A stretch of 64,000 nucleotides of DNA, from NCBI GenBank assembly GCA_047638815.1, contig JBLIMR010000003.1, positions 16,988 to 80,987 of the forward strand, written 5' to 3'. Source of the DNA: Gammaproteobacteria bacterium. GTDB taxonomy: Bacteria; Bacteroidota; Bacteroidia; Flavobacteriales_D; JABDKJ01. The notes below the pieces were generated by a model, which was not told the origin of the DNA, searched no databases, and saw only the letters and a program-made list of their open reading frames with translations. Positions 30,363 through 40,997 of this stretch are shown piece after piece; the first letter of the stretch is position 1; each line of letters opens with the position of its first letter. The position numbers and the translations under genes are program-made.

Positions 30363-31664
30363 ATGGGAAATATAGTTGCCATTGTAGGGCGTCCAAACGT
30401 AGGTAAATCGACATTATTCAACCGACTCACAGGAGTTAGAATGGCTATAGTAGATGAGCAAAGTGGGGTTACTAGGGACCGTCATTACGGTCACTCAGAA
30501 TGGAACGGAAAACCGTTTTCAGTAATTGATACTGGCGGCTATGTGGAGGGTTCAGATGACATCTTTGAGGGGCAAATCAACTCTCAGGTGAAAATTGCCC
30601 TTGATGAAGCGGATTATTTCTTCTTTGTTGTAGATGTGAAATCTGGGGTAACAGATCTTGATGAAGGGGTTGCAAAATTGCTTCGTGGCGCAAAAAAACC
30701 CGTTTTTCTTGTGGTAAACAAGGTGGATAATCATGATTTACAGTTTGCAGCTGCAGAGTTTTATAGTCTAGGATTGGGTGACATCTACAATATTTCTTCT
30801 GCAAGTGGCAGTGGAACAGGAGAATTGCTTGATGCGTTGGCTGAAAAAATGCCTGTTGAAGAGGAGTTTCATGATGAGACGCCTAGAATAGCTGTTGTGG
30901 GTAAACCAAATGTGGGTAAATCTTCGCTAATAAATGCGCTGTTAGGTGAAGAGAGAAATATCGTTACAGATATGGCTGGGACTACTCGAGATGCATTGCA
31001 TACGAGATACAATTCCTATGGTCACGATTTTAATTTAGTCGATACAGCAGGCATAAGAAGAAAGACTAAAGTTCATGAGGACATCGAGTTCTACTCAGTC
31101 ATGAGGGCGGTTAGAGCTATTGAAAATTCGGATGTATGTATCCTAATGGTGGATGCACAAGATGGATTTCAAAAACAGGATCTTAATATTTTCTACCTAA
31201 TAGAAAGGAATAAGAAAGGGGTTGTTGTTTTGATAAACAAATGGGATCTATTAGAGAAAGAGACCAATACCATGAAAGAAATGGAAGCCGAGATTAGAGA
31301 AAAGATTGCTCCATTTACAGATGTGCCTATTCTTTTTGTTTCAGCATTGCACAAGCAGAGAATAATGCAATCTGTAGAAACGGCTATGGAAGTTTATAAA
31401 AATAGAACACAACGTATTATGACTTCTGTTCTAAATGAAGTTATGTTGGCAGTTATTGATAAAAACCCACCGCCTTCAAATAAAGGGAAATTCATAAAAA
31501 TAAAATACGTCACTCAGTTGCCAACTCATTCTCCTTCCTTTGCTTTTTACTGTAACTTACCACAGTATATCATGGAGTCTTATAGGAGGTATTTGGAAAA
31601 TCAGTTGAGAGCAAATTTCGAATTACAAGGTGTTCCGATAAGAGTCTTCTTTAGAAAAAAATAA
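30363..31664 (+). CDS. der: Ribosome biogenesis GTPase Der (EngA)
   Basis: Two GTPase domains ([16 protein letters not shown] and [16 protein letters not shown]) plus a C-terminal KH-like domain. Confidence 0.97.
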   Translation: MGNIVAIVGRPNVGKSTLFNRLTGVRMAIVDEQSGVTRDRHYGHSEWNGKPFSVIDTGGYVEGSDDIFEGQINSQVKIALDEADYFFFVVDVKSGVTDLDEGVAKLLRGAKKPVFLVVNKVDNHDLQFAAAEFYSLGLGDIYNISSASGSGTGELLDALAEKMPVEEEFHDETPRIAVVGKPNVGKSSLINALLGEERNIVTDMAGTTRDALHTRYNSYGHDFNLVDTAGIRRKTKVHEDIEFYSVMRAVRAIENSDVCILMVDAQDGFQKQDLNIFYLIERNKKGVVVLINKWDLLEKETNTMKEMEAEIREKIAPFTDVPILFVSALHKQRIMQSVETAMEVYKNRTQRIMTSVLNEVMLAVIDKNPPPSNKGKFIKIKYVTQLPTHSPSFAFYCNLPQYIMESYRRYLENQLRANFELQGVPIRVFFRKK

Positions 31665-31683
31665 TACCGAAATAAATCTGATT

Positions 31684-33795
31684 ATGAGTCAAGCCAAAAA
31701 AATATTAAAAGACCATTTTGGCTATGATGAATTTCGTCCACTTCAGGGAGAAATAATCAATCGCGTACTTGATAAAAAAGACAGCCTTGTCTTAATGCCT
31801 ACGGGTGGAGGGAAATCAATTTGTTTTCAAATACCCGCACTCATTTTTGAAGGCATCACTCTAGTTATATCTCCACTTATTTCTCTTATGAAAGATCAAG
31901 TGGAAGCCCTAAAAGTCAATGGCATAAAAGCCGAATACCTCAACAGCAGTCAAACATCAGAAGAGGAAAACAGAATCCGAAACTTGGTGGAAACCAGGGA
32001 ATTAAAACTGCTTTACCTATCTCCAGAAAAGCTTTTATCGGAAGGTGGACAGTGGCTAAGCAACATAGAACTTTCAATGGTTGCTGTCGATGAAGCGCAT
32101 TGTGTTTCGATGTGGGGTCATGACTTCAGAAGAGAGTATACGCAACTGCGATCGTTCCGTGAATCTCGCCCTGAAACACCATTTATTGCGTTAACTGCAA
32201 CGGCTGATAAAGCCACCAGAAAGGATATTGTAAAACAACTTGGATTAATAAATTCAGAATTATTTATTTCCTCCTTTGACAGAAAAAATCTAAGCTTAGA
32301 GGTAAGACCTAACATCAAGAAAAAAGATAAAATACAAGAGTACATTCAATTCATTGGTGACAACAATAATGAGTCGGGAATAATTTATTGTCTAAGTAGA
32401 AAAGAGACAGAAAACATCGCTAGCAAACTCAATGAAGTTGGCATCGATGCGATAGTATATCACGCAGGTTTGGATCGTGAAACTCGAGAAAAAAATCAAG
32501 AGCAATTTATCAGAGATGAGTCTTCTGTTGTATGTGCGACTATCGCTTTCGGAATGGGAATCGACAAGTCAAATGTTCGTTGGGTGATTCATAATAATTT
32601 GCCAAAAAACATTGAAGGATTTTATCAAGAAATTGGTAGAGCCGGAAGAGATGGATTACCATCAACCACACTTCTGTACTACAACTTGGGGGATCTTGTT
32701 ATGCTGGGAAGATTTGCTCAAGAAAGCTCTCAATCAGAGATTCTGATGGGGAAATTAAGACGGATGCAGGAGTATTGTGAGTCCAGTACTTGTAGACGAA
32801 GAGTATTATTGTCATATTTCGGAGAGCACTTGGTGGATGATTGTGGCAATTGCGATGTCTGCAAAAACCCACCAACATTTTTTGACGGAAGGGTGATCGG
32901 TCAGAAAGCACTTTCAGCAGTAATCCGAACGAGAGAGAAAGTAGGAACGAATATGCTTATTAATGTTCTTCGAGGTTCTGGCAACAGAGAGTTGATGGAG
33001 AAAAACTATCATGAGATAAAAACTTATGGTGCAGGAAAAGAACATTCTTATAACGATTGGAAATCTTACATTATTCAAATGCTTAACCAAGGCGTTTTTG
33101 AAATCGCATATGATGATGCATTCACTTTAAAAGTTACGAGTATTGGAAAAAGTTTGTTGACCAATGAAGGAAATTTAAGGCTTACGATTCCTGTAGAAAA
33201 AGAAACAAAAGCGGAAAGAAAAAAGGCTGGAAGAAAAACGAAAAAATCGACAGTGTCTGGAGAAGTGCCTGCCGAATTATTCGAGAAACTGAGATCTCTT
33301 CGTGGTCAGATTGCGAAAAAACTGGGCATGCCCGCATACATCATTTTTCACGATTCTACATTGAAAGAAATGTCACAAACATTTCCTACTACAGAGGCTG
33401 AAATGCTAGATATATCTGGAGTTAGCAATGTGAAAGCCAATAAATACGGCCCGGCCTTTCTTGCGGTGATCAAAGAAAATTTGAGTCTTAAACCTAAGCC
33501 AAAGAGCTCGACTCATGATGAGACTTATTCTTTGTATAAAGATAATTTAACCCCTGAAGAAATTGCCGACAAGAAGGGGATAAAAGTGGCCACGGTTTTC
33601 ACGCATTTGATAAAATTGAAGGAAGATGGAAAGGATATTGATCTTACACAATACACTTCAAATGACGTCATTGACAAAGTTAAAAAAGCCAAAGGTTCTT
33701 TGAAGGGTGATTCTGGCTTAAGAGACTATTTTGTCTTCTTGAATGAAGAGGTTCCTTATGATGATATTAAGATTGCGTTGGGGGTTTTGGGTTAA
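31684..33795 (+). CDS. recQ: ATP-dependent DNA helicase RecQ
   Basis: MPTGGGKS, DEAHC, QEIGRAGRDG, Zn motif CRR...CGNCDVC, RQC, HRDC and C-terminal HTH. Confidence 0.96.
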   Translation: MSQAKKILKDHFGYDEFRPLQGEIINRVLDKKDSLVLMPTGGGKSICFQIPALIFEGITLVISPLISLMKDQVEALKVNGIKAEYLNSSQTSEEENRIRNLVETRELKLLYLSPEKLLSEGGQWLSNIELSMVAVDEAHCVSMWGHDFRREYTQLRSFRESRPETPFIALTATADKATRKDIVKQLGLINSELFISSFDRKNLSLEVRPNIKKKDKIQEYIQFIGDNNNESGIIYCLSRKETENIASKLNEVGIDAIVYHAGLDRETREKNQEQFIRDESSVVCATIAFGMGIDKSNVRWVIHNNLPKNIEGFYQEIGRAGRDGLPSTTLLYYNLGDLVMLGRFAQESSQSEILMGKLRRMQEYCESSTCRRRVLLSYFGEHLVDDCGNCDVCKNPPTFFDGRVIGQKALSAVIRTREKVGTNMLINVLRGSGNRELMEKNYHEIKTYGAGKEHSYNDWKSYIIQMLNQGVFEIAYDDAFTLKVTSIGKSLLTNEGNLRLTIPVEKETKAERKKAGRKTKKSTVSGEVPAELFEKLRSLRGQIAKKLGMPAYIIFHDSTLKEMSQTFPTTEAEMLDISGVSNVKANKYGPAFLAVIKENLSLKPKPKSSTHDETYSLYKDNLTPEEIADKKGIKVATVFTHLIKLKEDGKDIDLTQYTSNDVIDKVKKAKGSLKGDSGLRDYFVFLNEEVPYDDIKIALGVLG

Positions 33796-33834
33796 TTGCG
33801 AATTACGAATTACGAATCGGGGAATTACGAATTG
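33794..33834. repeat. Heptamer tandem repeat (AATTACG)
   Basis: aattgcg-aattacg-aattacg-aatcggg-g-aattacg-aattg directly after the recQ stop. Confidence 0.65.
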
Positions 33835-34062
33835 AAAACAAACCTAACTGAGCAATGGATTATGATTGGTCAAGCTAATCTTTCTCTTGGTCTAAATTCC
33901 ATCATAGCATATAACTACCCTCCATTCACATCCTTATTTGGGGTTCGTTTTGGTTTAGGTATTGGTTATGTTGTGAATGGTAAATAGAGGGACGCAGAGT
34001 TCGGGCCTCAATATATTCGAATTGCTCTATAACTGCTATAACTGAGAAAAATGATTAGTGTA

Positions 34063-34506
34063 TTAATCGCAATCCATCTCATTTATGGCTAATCCTGGTC
34101 TATAATAGAAAGGGTCTAAGCGTATGTCAACATCTTGATTTGAACTGTCAATCCTGTGCCAATTTTCTTAACAGACTGGATTCATATCAAATTCTAAAAG
34201 TTCACTCGAGAGATTAAATCCAACTATAACGGAATCCTGATTTGAATAACCTTTATTTATAAACATGATCTTTTCTCCTTCTAAAATTACAAAATCGAAC
34301 TTCACACTCGATCCTATATGAGAAGAGAAAACTATATCATCGGCAATGGACATCTCGACATATTCCTTATTTCCATCATTATTACAAACCATTCTACAAT
34401 ATAATCCAACAGGAGATACTTTGTCTTGATTCTGGCATCCTTCTGTGCAAAGCAGAGAAATTAATATTACAACAAGGAGCCATTTATTCAATGTATACAT
34501 TTTCAT
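34063..34506 (-). pseudogene. Putative lipoprotein, probably interrupted by a premature TAA
   Basis: Lipoprotein-like signal (LLVVILISLLCTEG-C). After TAA 34168-34170 the same frame stays open for 34 codons (ENWHRIDSS...EMDCD) to TAA 34063. It could instead be an intact shorter gene. Confidence 0.45.
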
Positions 34507-34538
34507 TCTCTCCAAAATCCATTTAACATTCAAAGAAA

Positions 34539-37500
34539 CTACTCCCCAATCTCAATCCAAGCAGCGCCATTATAAGAATGATACTCTCCATTGTACATGG
34601 CATCAGCCCCTACTGGTCCCATGTAATATTTGCCCGGAGAAACAGCTCTCACCATGTAGAAAAAATACTTGGTCTTCTCAGTCACATCTGTGTACATATT
34701 GATTCGATCATCACGGATGTCTTGATACTGCGGGTATGACTTTCTCCTAATCCACTTGTACTGCGGTAAATCATCAAGTCGTGGATTTTCTATTTCAAAT
34801 CCTGCGGGTAGAATATCCGAGATAGCAACATTTTGTATTCTAGTACTATTTTGCGCAGAGATTGCAATTCTTACTACGATAAGATCATTTTGTTTGAATT
34901 TATTATTCGTTATCGGTGTGCCAGTTCTAGTGAAGAATGCTTTTCTGACACGCATAAAACTGTCTTCCTCCTTATAGTTTCCTTTTTCATCTATCCCCTC
35001 CGTTTCATAAAAATAAAACAACTCCCCTTCTCCCTCTGCGACAATTTCTATGTCTTTTGAAATTAGTTTATTCTTATCCAAGGTGATCATTTTACCTTTG
35101 AAATCTGCTACGACTTCGCCCCCATTTTTGACCTTTGCTCTAACATTATTCCCATTATTCTTTCTTGCAAATTTCCCCATTGCCAAGAAACCAAATAATC
35201 GTTCTTGCGTATTCAAGTATCGCTTGGAACTCATCTGTTCTGAGACATGTTTTACCATGATCGGTACTTGTGGATTCTCCGGATCAGTGTCCATCAAGAC
35301 ATTGAGAGACAGAGCCTCATCTCGTATGTAGGAATAAAAACTACCTCCTGTAGATTGATTGGAACGTTCACCCTCAAACGATTTTGGCAAGACTTCATAG
35401 AAACTTTTTTCGTCTCCAATTAACTGATATGCCCCTGCTAACAAATATTGGCAATCGAGAGAGAGATCTTTTTTATTGGCCTTATAATAGTTCATCATTG
35501 AGCGATCCGCTTTGTTCGCCAATGCCAAAATGTATGTGGCATATAATGACGACTTTGGAATAATCTTTCTTCTACTATTTCCATTGTAATAATAATCGAC
35601 TCTTTTCTTGTCCTTCATTCTCATTCCAAGATTATCCAGTGACAAAGACAACATCCTTTCATTGACATCATAACCCGCAATTTTTGCTTCCAATAAAAAA
35701 TGTGTTGCGGATACTGAACCCCAGTAATGAGGTCTTCCTGAACCTGGCCAATATGTGTATGCTCCGTCATACAATTGCATTCTTTGCAATTTATTTATGG
35801 CCTGCTTAACATTGTATCTCGCATTCTCCGATCGATCAGAATAGATGCCCATGTCCTTGATAATATCCTCAAAGTAAAGTTGTGGAAATGCTTTTGAGAC
35901 AGTCTGTTCTACACAGCCATGTGGATACCGAACCAAATACTCAATATCCTTGGTGAACTTGACCAGTGGTGAGCTACTTACAATTAGCTTTCGCCCAACA
36001 GTTTTTGGTAAAAAACCTTTTTCATCCAAACTCAATTTCTTAATTGAATTTGCAGCAATTGTCCCAGAACCACTCCTTTTCTGCAATGGTGATCCTGGCC
36101 GCACCGTAATGTCTGTTTCTAAAATAAAAGTCTCTCCCAACGCATTCACTTTCGCAATTATTTTTGACTCTCCCAGTTCTTTTGCTACTGCAATTCTAAA
36201 CACTTTTCTACCCTCAGAATTCGCTTTTAATTCAACAGAATTATTTTCTTCAGGCACCAAACTCAATGGTCCTTCTAACACAATATTAACTTCACCATTA
36301 GTCGCATTTTTTGTAGTATTAGTGATCGTCAAAGGCATGATCAAAGTATCACCTGGACTAAGGAATCTTGGAATTCCCGCTGATAAAATTATAGGATCCG
36401 CAACAATCATGTTTTTCTCCGCTGAACCGAAATTTTTACCCTTATAATTTACGACCATTATTCTAAGTGAACCCGAAAATTGTGGAATGTCAATTTCGTA
36501 TTCTACTTCCCCCTTCCCATTTGTTTCTAGTATTCCACTCCAGAATGAAACCAACTTGAATCGCTTGTTCTTCATAGGGTTTAGACGTTTCTCCAATTCA
36601 GAATCACCATCTCCACCACCAGGCCTTCCCGAATGCAATCCTACCTCCGGAAACAAGTATGGATAGATATCATGAGAAGTCATCTGCAAAGCTCTTTTTT
36701 GATAAAAATAATCAAAGGGGTTTGGTGTTTTGAATCCTGTCACCTGTAAAATTCCTTCATCAACAACTGCCAAACTCACCATACTATTTGGTTTTCCTTT
36801 TACTGTGATTTTCTGTTTGGTTTTAGATCTAGTACTGGCCACCGCATTTATTTCCAGCGGGATATTTCTTCTCTCGTCATTCACTATTATTGGCGCATAA
36901 CCATGTGCCACAGTTAACGGCAAATCACTAATGGCATGTGGTCGAAACAACGTTGCTGATATGTATATATTTGGTAACATATCCTCTGTAATTTTCAACT
37001 CCATCGACAATGATTTTTTATCTGACTCCTTATAGAAATGTTTCACCACTTTGTCTGATTCGATTGTAATAAGTGTCTTCCCGGAGAATGGTAGTGACAT
37101 AATAATATTAGCCTTCTCCCCTACATTGTACTTTTCCTTATCCGTTTTTATATCAATGCTTCCTTCATTATCAACTTTGAATGAAGAGTTATTGGTATTC
37201 CCCCAACCATAGCAATAATATATTTTTGAAACATGATTTGTAACCCCTGGTTTAGAAACTCTAACTTCATATTTTCCAGAAAAGTCAGGTGTAAAAGAAT
37301 ATGTATTTTTGTCACCACTTAAAGTGACCGTTTTTTCTTCTAAGATAACTTCCTTAGGCACTGAATGGTATCTATAATATCTTCCAGACTGCGACAAGAC
37401 ACTTTTGTATTCGTGTCTTATTAATGTAACAGTAGCTTCAACACTATTTGCTGCTTTTTTATCCTGATCCACTGCAATAAGTTTACTTATCACAGGCTTA

Positions 37501-39941
37501 CTAGTCCTGTGGTAGTAACCGTTATGACCTATCCCGTAATAATAATCTTGCGTGTGAATTTTCGAACTGTTATTTCTGTTTACCGGCCTTCCAGTTTCAT
37601 CAAATACAGTGGTATATGTCCTTGCATTAAGCACCCCCATATTTGCATATGCTTCGGGTATTTCAAATGATACATTTGCAGTCCCATTTTCATCCGTTTT
37701 CCCGGTCTCCATCACGTTCTTGAAATAGGTGTAGTTTTGGTTTATCGAAAAATTATAATCGTTGTATTCAGGCACGTAAAAATAAGCCCGTGAAATTTGC
37801 AATTCACTTTCCCAATTTCTATTTGATGCAGGAGTACCAAATAAATTAGCAGCGTTAATTTCCAAGGTCAATTCATCTCCATTGGCAAATTCTTCCTTGT
37901 TCATTTTTGTATCCACTTTTATTCTATCCGGAACAAATTCTTCAACCTTGATATAAGAGTTTTGCAGCACTACATCACTTGCTGTCAACACTGTTAACAT
38001 GTAAGAACCTGTTGCAGCCGATGCACTTAAGTCAAAACTAGCCTCTGCCGAGCCCTCATCATTCAACTTTTTTCTAACACTCCCAACCTCTTTACCATTC
38101 GGAGAGGTCAACTTAAATATGAGTGGAAATGCATCAGGAGTTTCCCATTGATAATCTCTAATGATAGTCGAAACATTGAGTTTTTCTCCAGGTCTGTAGA
38201 TGTCTCTCTCTGGATAAATGTATGTCATCAATCCTGTTGTATTTTGCCAGTGACCTCCAACATCATATCTCGAGGTTGATACTTGGGTTTTGTTAAGCAT
38301 AATGTAGTTATAATCACTCCCCAATCTGGCGGTTATCATAGCCGTTTCATAATTCACTCCAAGTAACTCTTCAATTTTAAAAACAACCTTCCCACTACCA
38401 TCAGTTTTTTGACTTTTCGTAATTTGATTATTCTTTCCTATCAGTGTTAATTCCACCCCAGAAATTGGCGCAGCCGTGTGAATAGAATTAGCAAAAACCG
38501 ATATGGAATTCGGTCCTTTTTTCACGATCAATCCTATATCAGATATCGCGATGGTTTTTTTACTTTGAAGCCAATAATTTTCATTTGATGAAAGAACAAT
38601 TTGATAAAGACCATCGGCATTGGGTATCTTATCCTTAAAGTTAATTCCCAACAACTTATTTGCTCCCTTGGTTGGTAGATTTTTAGTTACTATTTCTTCC
38701 TCATAAACAATATCACCCATACACCCTACCTGATTCTTATCTCCAGAATATGAATCGTACCTATCATGATAATAGTAATCATCATAGTATCCTCTATTGT
38801 TGAAAAACTGCATGATATTGTTCTCATATACCCTATACACCGTCATCTTCACCTTTTTGACATTGATGATATTTACTTCTATATTCCTATTCCCATCTTT
38901 GCTTAGGTATACATTTTTCTTGTCTAAAAAAGCAATGCTCGGATTTAATTCTCCGAATGATGCATCTTCTTCAAAATCATTTTTTAAACTCCCACCGTAT
39001 ATCCCTTTAAGACCTTTTTTCACTTTAACATGATACCCCAATTCTGCATCAAACTGATCCGAAATTATTTTCACTTCTTGCTCAAGAATTTCAACCGTGT
39101 ATTTAACATTAGGCTCCAAAACCAGATGCTTTCTGAGTTCTTCTTCGGAAACTTTTTGTGAGGTGAATATCTTTATATTCCCTTCCAAGCCATTGTGCTC
39201 TCCTTTCAATCCGTTAATATCCATCACAAACGGAGAGTTGAGGTACTTGCTAAACTCCAGATCACTGGCTAAGCTTAAGTTTCCTATTGCCGGTTTTAGC
39301 TCCTTTTTAAAATTAAAATCAATCAAATACTTTTTATCCTCAACCTTTACTTGTGGGAGATATATATTTATGGTTCGGCTGGCCCTTTGCTCTGAAACCA
39401 CAAAGCTCTGTTGCTGATTATCGACAACAATAGCAAGGTTCCCTCCCAGGTCATTTGGATTCACTTGGTGATTGAATCGAAGCATTGCATGCATTCCTGG
39501 AAGCTTAACATTGTTTTGATCGGCACCCCAATATCCCTCAACATCTTCAATGGACAATAAAGGCGTATGAAATTTCTTAGCCCAACTTTTATCAATCTTT
39601 GTACCCTTAAAAAATTGATCGTAATCTTTACCTATCTTGACAGTATAGTGCGTTGCTGGTTTCAATTTTTTAGCTGGAATAAATTGCAAAACATCCTCCG
39701 TACTCCAGTTGAAAGTTCCATTAATGGGTGGATTAAAATTGAGTAGTTCTTCATCGATTCTTACTTTCAATAACGTATCGTTGGCCATACTCCTATCAAA
39801 CTGAAATTCGAAATTGAATAATTCGGGAACCTCTTCATGGAAATTTGTCCCAACTATGTTGACACTTGATTCTTGTTTTTTTTGGCAGGCATTGAGTAAA
39901 AGCAACATACCAGCTAGTATGCTAATAACAATTCTGTTCAT
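34539..39941 (-). CDS. Alpha-2-macroglobulin family lipoprotein
   Basis: Lipobox LLLNA-C; MG domains (ERDIYRPGE, VEEFVPDR, LAVVDEGIL); thioester motif YPHGCVEQ; DILPAGFEIENP and VRAVSPG...AMY C-terminus. Confidence 0.95.
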   Translation of the reverse strand: MNRIVISILAGMLLLLNACQKKQESSVNIVGTNFHEEVPELFNFEFQFDRSMANDTLLKVRIDEELLNFNPPINGTFNWSTEDVLQFIPAKKLKPATHYTVKIGKDYDQFFKGTKIDKSWAKKFHTPLLSIEDVEGYWGADQNNVKLPGMHAMLRFNHQVNPNDLGGNLAIVVDNQQQSFVVSEQRASRTINIYLPQVKVEDKKYLIDFNFKKELKPAIGNLSLASDLEFSKYLNSPFVMDINGLKGEHNGLEGNIKIFTSQKVSEEELRKHLVLEPNVKYTVEILEQEVKIISDQFDAELGYHVKVKKGLKGIYGGSLKNDFEEDASFGELNPSIAFLDKKNVYLSKDGNRNIEVNIINVKKVKMTVYRVYENNIMQFFNNRGYYDDYYYHDRYDSYSGDKNQVGCMGDIVYEEEIVTKNLPTKGANKLLGINFKDKIPNADGLYQIVLSSNENYWLQSKKTIAISDIGLIVKKGPNSISVFANSIHTAAPISGVELTLIGKNNQITKSQKTDGSGKVVFKIEELLGVNYETAMITARLGSDYNYIMLNKTQVSTSRYDVGGHWQNTTGLMTYIYPERDIYRPGEKLNVSTIIRDYQWETPDAFPLIFKLTSPNGKEVGSVRKKLNDEGSAEASFDLSASAATGSYMLTVLTASDVVLQNSYIKVEEFVPDRIKVDTKMNKEEFANGDELTLEINAANLFGTPASNRNWESELQISRAYFYVPEYNDYNFSINQNYTYFKNVMETGKTDENGTANVSFEIPEAYANMGVLNARTYTTVFDETGRPVNRNNSSKIHTQDYYYGIGHNGYYHRTSKPVISKLIAVDQDKKAANSVEATVTLIRHEYKSVLSQSGRYYRYHSVPKEVILEEKTVTLSGDKNTYSFTPDFSGKYEVRVSKPGVTNHVSKIYYCYGWGNTNNSSFKVDNEGSIDIKTDKEKYNVGEKANIIMSLPFSGKTLITIESDKVVKHFYKESDKKSLSMELKITEDMLPNIYISATLFRPHAISDLPLTVAHGYAPIIVNDERRNIPLEINAVASTRSKTKQKITVKGKPNSMVSLAVVDEGILQVTGFKTPNPFDYFYQKRALQMTSHDIYPYLFPEVGLHSGRPGGGDGDSELEKRLNPMKNKRFKLVSFWSGILETNGKGEVEYEIDIPQFSGSLRIMVVNYKGKNFGSAEKNMIVADPIILSAGIPRFLSPGDTLIMPLTITNTTKNATNGEVNIVLEGPLSLVPEENNSVELKANSEGRKVFRIAVAKELGESKIIAKVNALGETFILETDITVRPGSPLQKRSGSGTIAANSIKKLSLDEKGFLPKTVGRKLIVSSSPLVKFTKDIEYLVRYPHGCVEQTVSKAFPQLYFEDIIKDMGIYSDRSENARYNVKQAINKLQRMQLYDGAYTYWPGSGRPHYWGSVSATHFLLEAKIAGYDVNERMLSLSLDNLGMRMKDKKRVDYYYNGNSRRKIIPKSSLYATYILALANKADRSMMNYYKANKKDLSLDCQYLLAGAYQLIGDEKSFYEVLPKSFEGERSNQSTGGSFYSYIRDEALSLNVLMDTDPENPQVPIMVKHVSEQMSSKRYLNTQERLFGFLAMGKFARKNNGNNVRAKVKNGGEVVADFKGKMITLDKNKLISKDIEIVAEGEGELFYFYETEGIDEKGNYKEEDSFMRVRKAFFTRTGTPITNNKFKQNDLIVVRIAISAQNSTRIQNVAISDILPAGFEIENPRLDDLPQYKWIRRKSYPQYQDIRDDRINMYTDVTEKTKYFFYMVRAVSPGKYYMGPVGADAMYNGEYHSYNGAAWIEIGE

Positions 39942-40043
39942 CGGATTTTTGTTAATGGTTAGGAAGGGAAACGTTTAGATTATGAAAGAAAAAATTGCAA
40001 ATTCATTCTATCTTTATCTTCACTATCAAAAAAACGTAATTTA

Positions 40044-40868
40044 TTGGTAAAAAATTGTAACAACACTTATAAATACTCACACTTTAATCTTAGCTATCAA
40101 CAATTTGGCTCCGGGGAGCGGGTAATGTTGTGTTTTCATGGCTATGGGGAATCTGCGGAGAAATATTCTTTTTTGGGTTCTTCTATTGGTACAGATTATA
40201 CTATATATGCTTTTGACTTTTTTCACCATGGTAATTCTGACACTTATAACAAGGACCCTTCTATAACAATGAATGGTGAATTATGGGCCAAATTAATTTC
40301 GAACTTTCTGGACGAGCGTAGTATATCCACCGTTGATCTTCTTGGCTATAGTATGGGTGGTAGATTATCTTTAGCGCTTATTCAATATATACCTGAGCGT
40401 TTACAAAAAATAACGCTCCTAGCTCCCGATGGTATTTATGATTCATTTTGGTTTCAGTTCGCTACACGGAATTTCCTTGGCAAACGATTATTTAGAAATT
40501 TTACTAAAAATCCAAATCCATATCTGAGCATTTTGAATGTTCTGACAAGAATAAAAATATTCCCGACAAAACTTTCTCAGATAGCCAAGATTAATACCAG
40601 TTCGGAAATAAACAGAAAAAAAGTTTTGGCGACATGGATGATCTTAAGCCAAATAAAAATCAGTATTAAAAGGGTTGAAAAGTCAATTGCCGAACATGAT
40701 CTGCACTTGACTATTAGCGTTGGACAATATGACAAAGTGATTTCAGCAAGAAAAATCTCAAATTGGAAGTGGGTCAAGTATAACAACAAGAATTTTATTG
40801 TTGCGAATCAAGGTCATTTGTTTACTGAAGCTGAAGTATTGTCCAGTCTAGAAAAAGTGAATCATTAA
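40044..40868 (+). CDS. Alpha/beta fold hydrolase
   Basis: CFHGYG oxyanion motif, GYSMGG nucleophile elbow, GQYD and GH. Confidence 0.88.
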   Translation: MVKNCNNTYKYSHFNLSYQQFGSGERVMLCFHGYGESAEKYSFLGSSIGTDYTIYAFDFFHHGNSDTYNKDPSITMNGELWAKLISNFLDERSISTVDLLGYSMGGRLSLALIQYIPERLQKITLLAPDGIYDSFWFQFATRNFLGKRLFRNFTKNPNPYLSILNVLTRIKIFPTKLSQIAKINTSSEINRKKVLATWMILSQIKISIKRVEKSIAEHDLHLTISVGQYDKVISARKISNWKWVKYNNKNFIVANQGHLFTEAEVLSSLEKVNH

Positions 40869-40925
40869 TATGGTAGACTTGTAATTTTGCGTCATTAATT
40901 CAGGTCTTATTTCCTTCGTTTTTGA

Positions 40926-40933
40926 TACCTTTG
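40926..40933 (+). promoter_or_regulatory. Primary-sigma -7 element
   Basis: TACCTTTG upstream of the T9SS cargo gene at 40998. Confidence 0.55.
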
Positions 40934-40997
40934 CACTATACCGGTGAAACAACGGAAAAAAAAGACCTATTAAACATTTATAAATCAATAATTTAAC

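Noticed and set aside
33796-33987. 63-aa ORF right after recQ
   Set aside because: It starts within the AATTACG repeat tract and has no protein features.
35950-36447. Long antisense ORFs (also 1329..1697, 9051..9526, 11610..12005, 17648..18073, 57279..57725, 59805..60080)
   Set aside because: They lie opposite well-supported genes and show no recognisable motifs; these are shadow ORFs.
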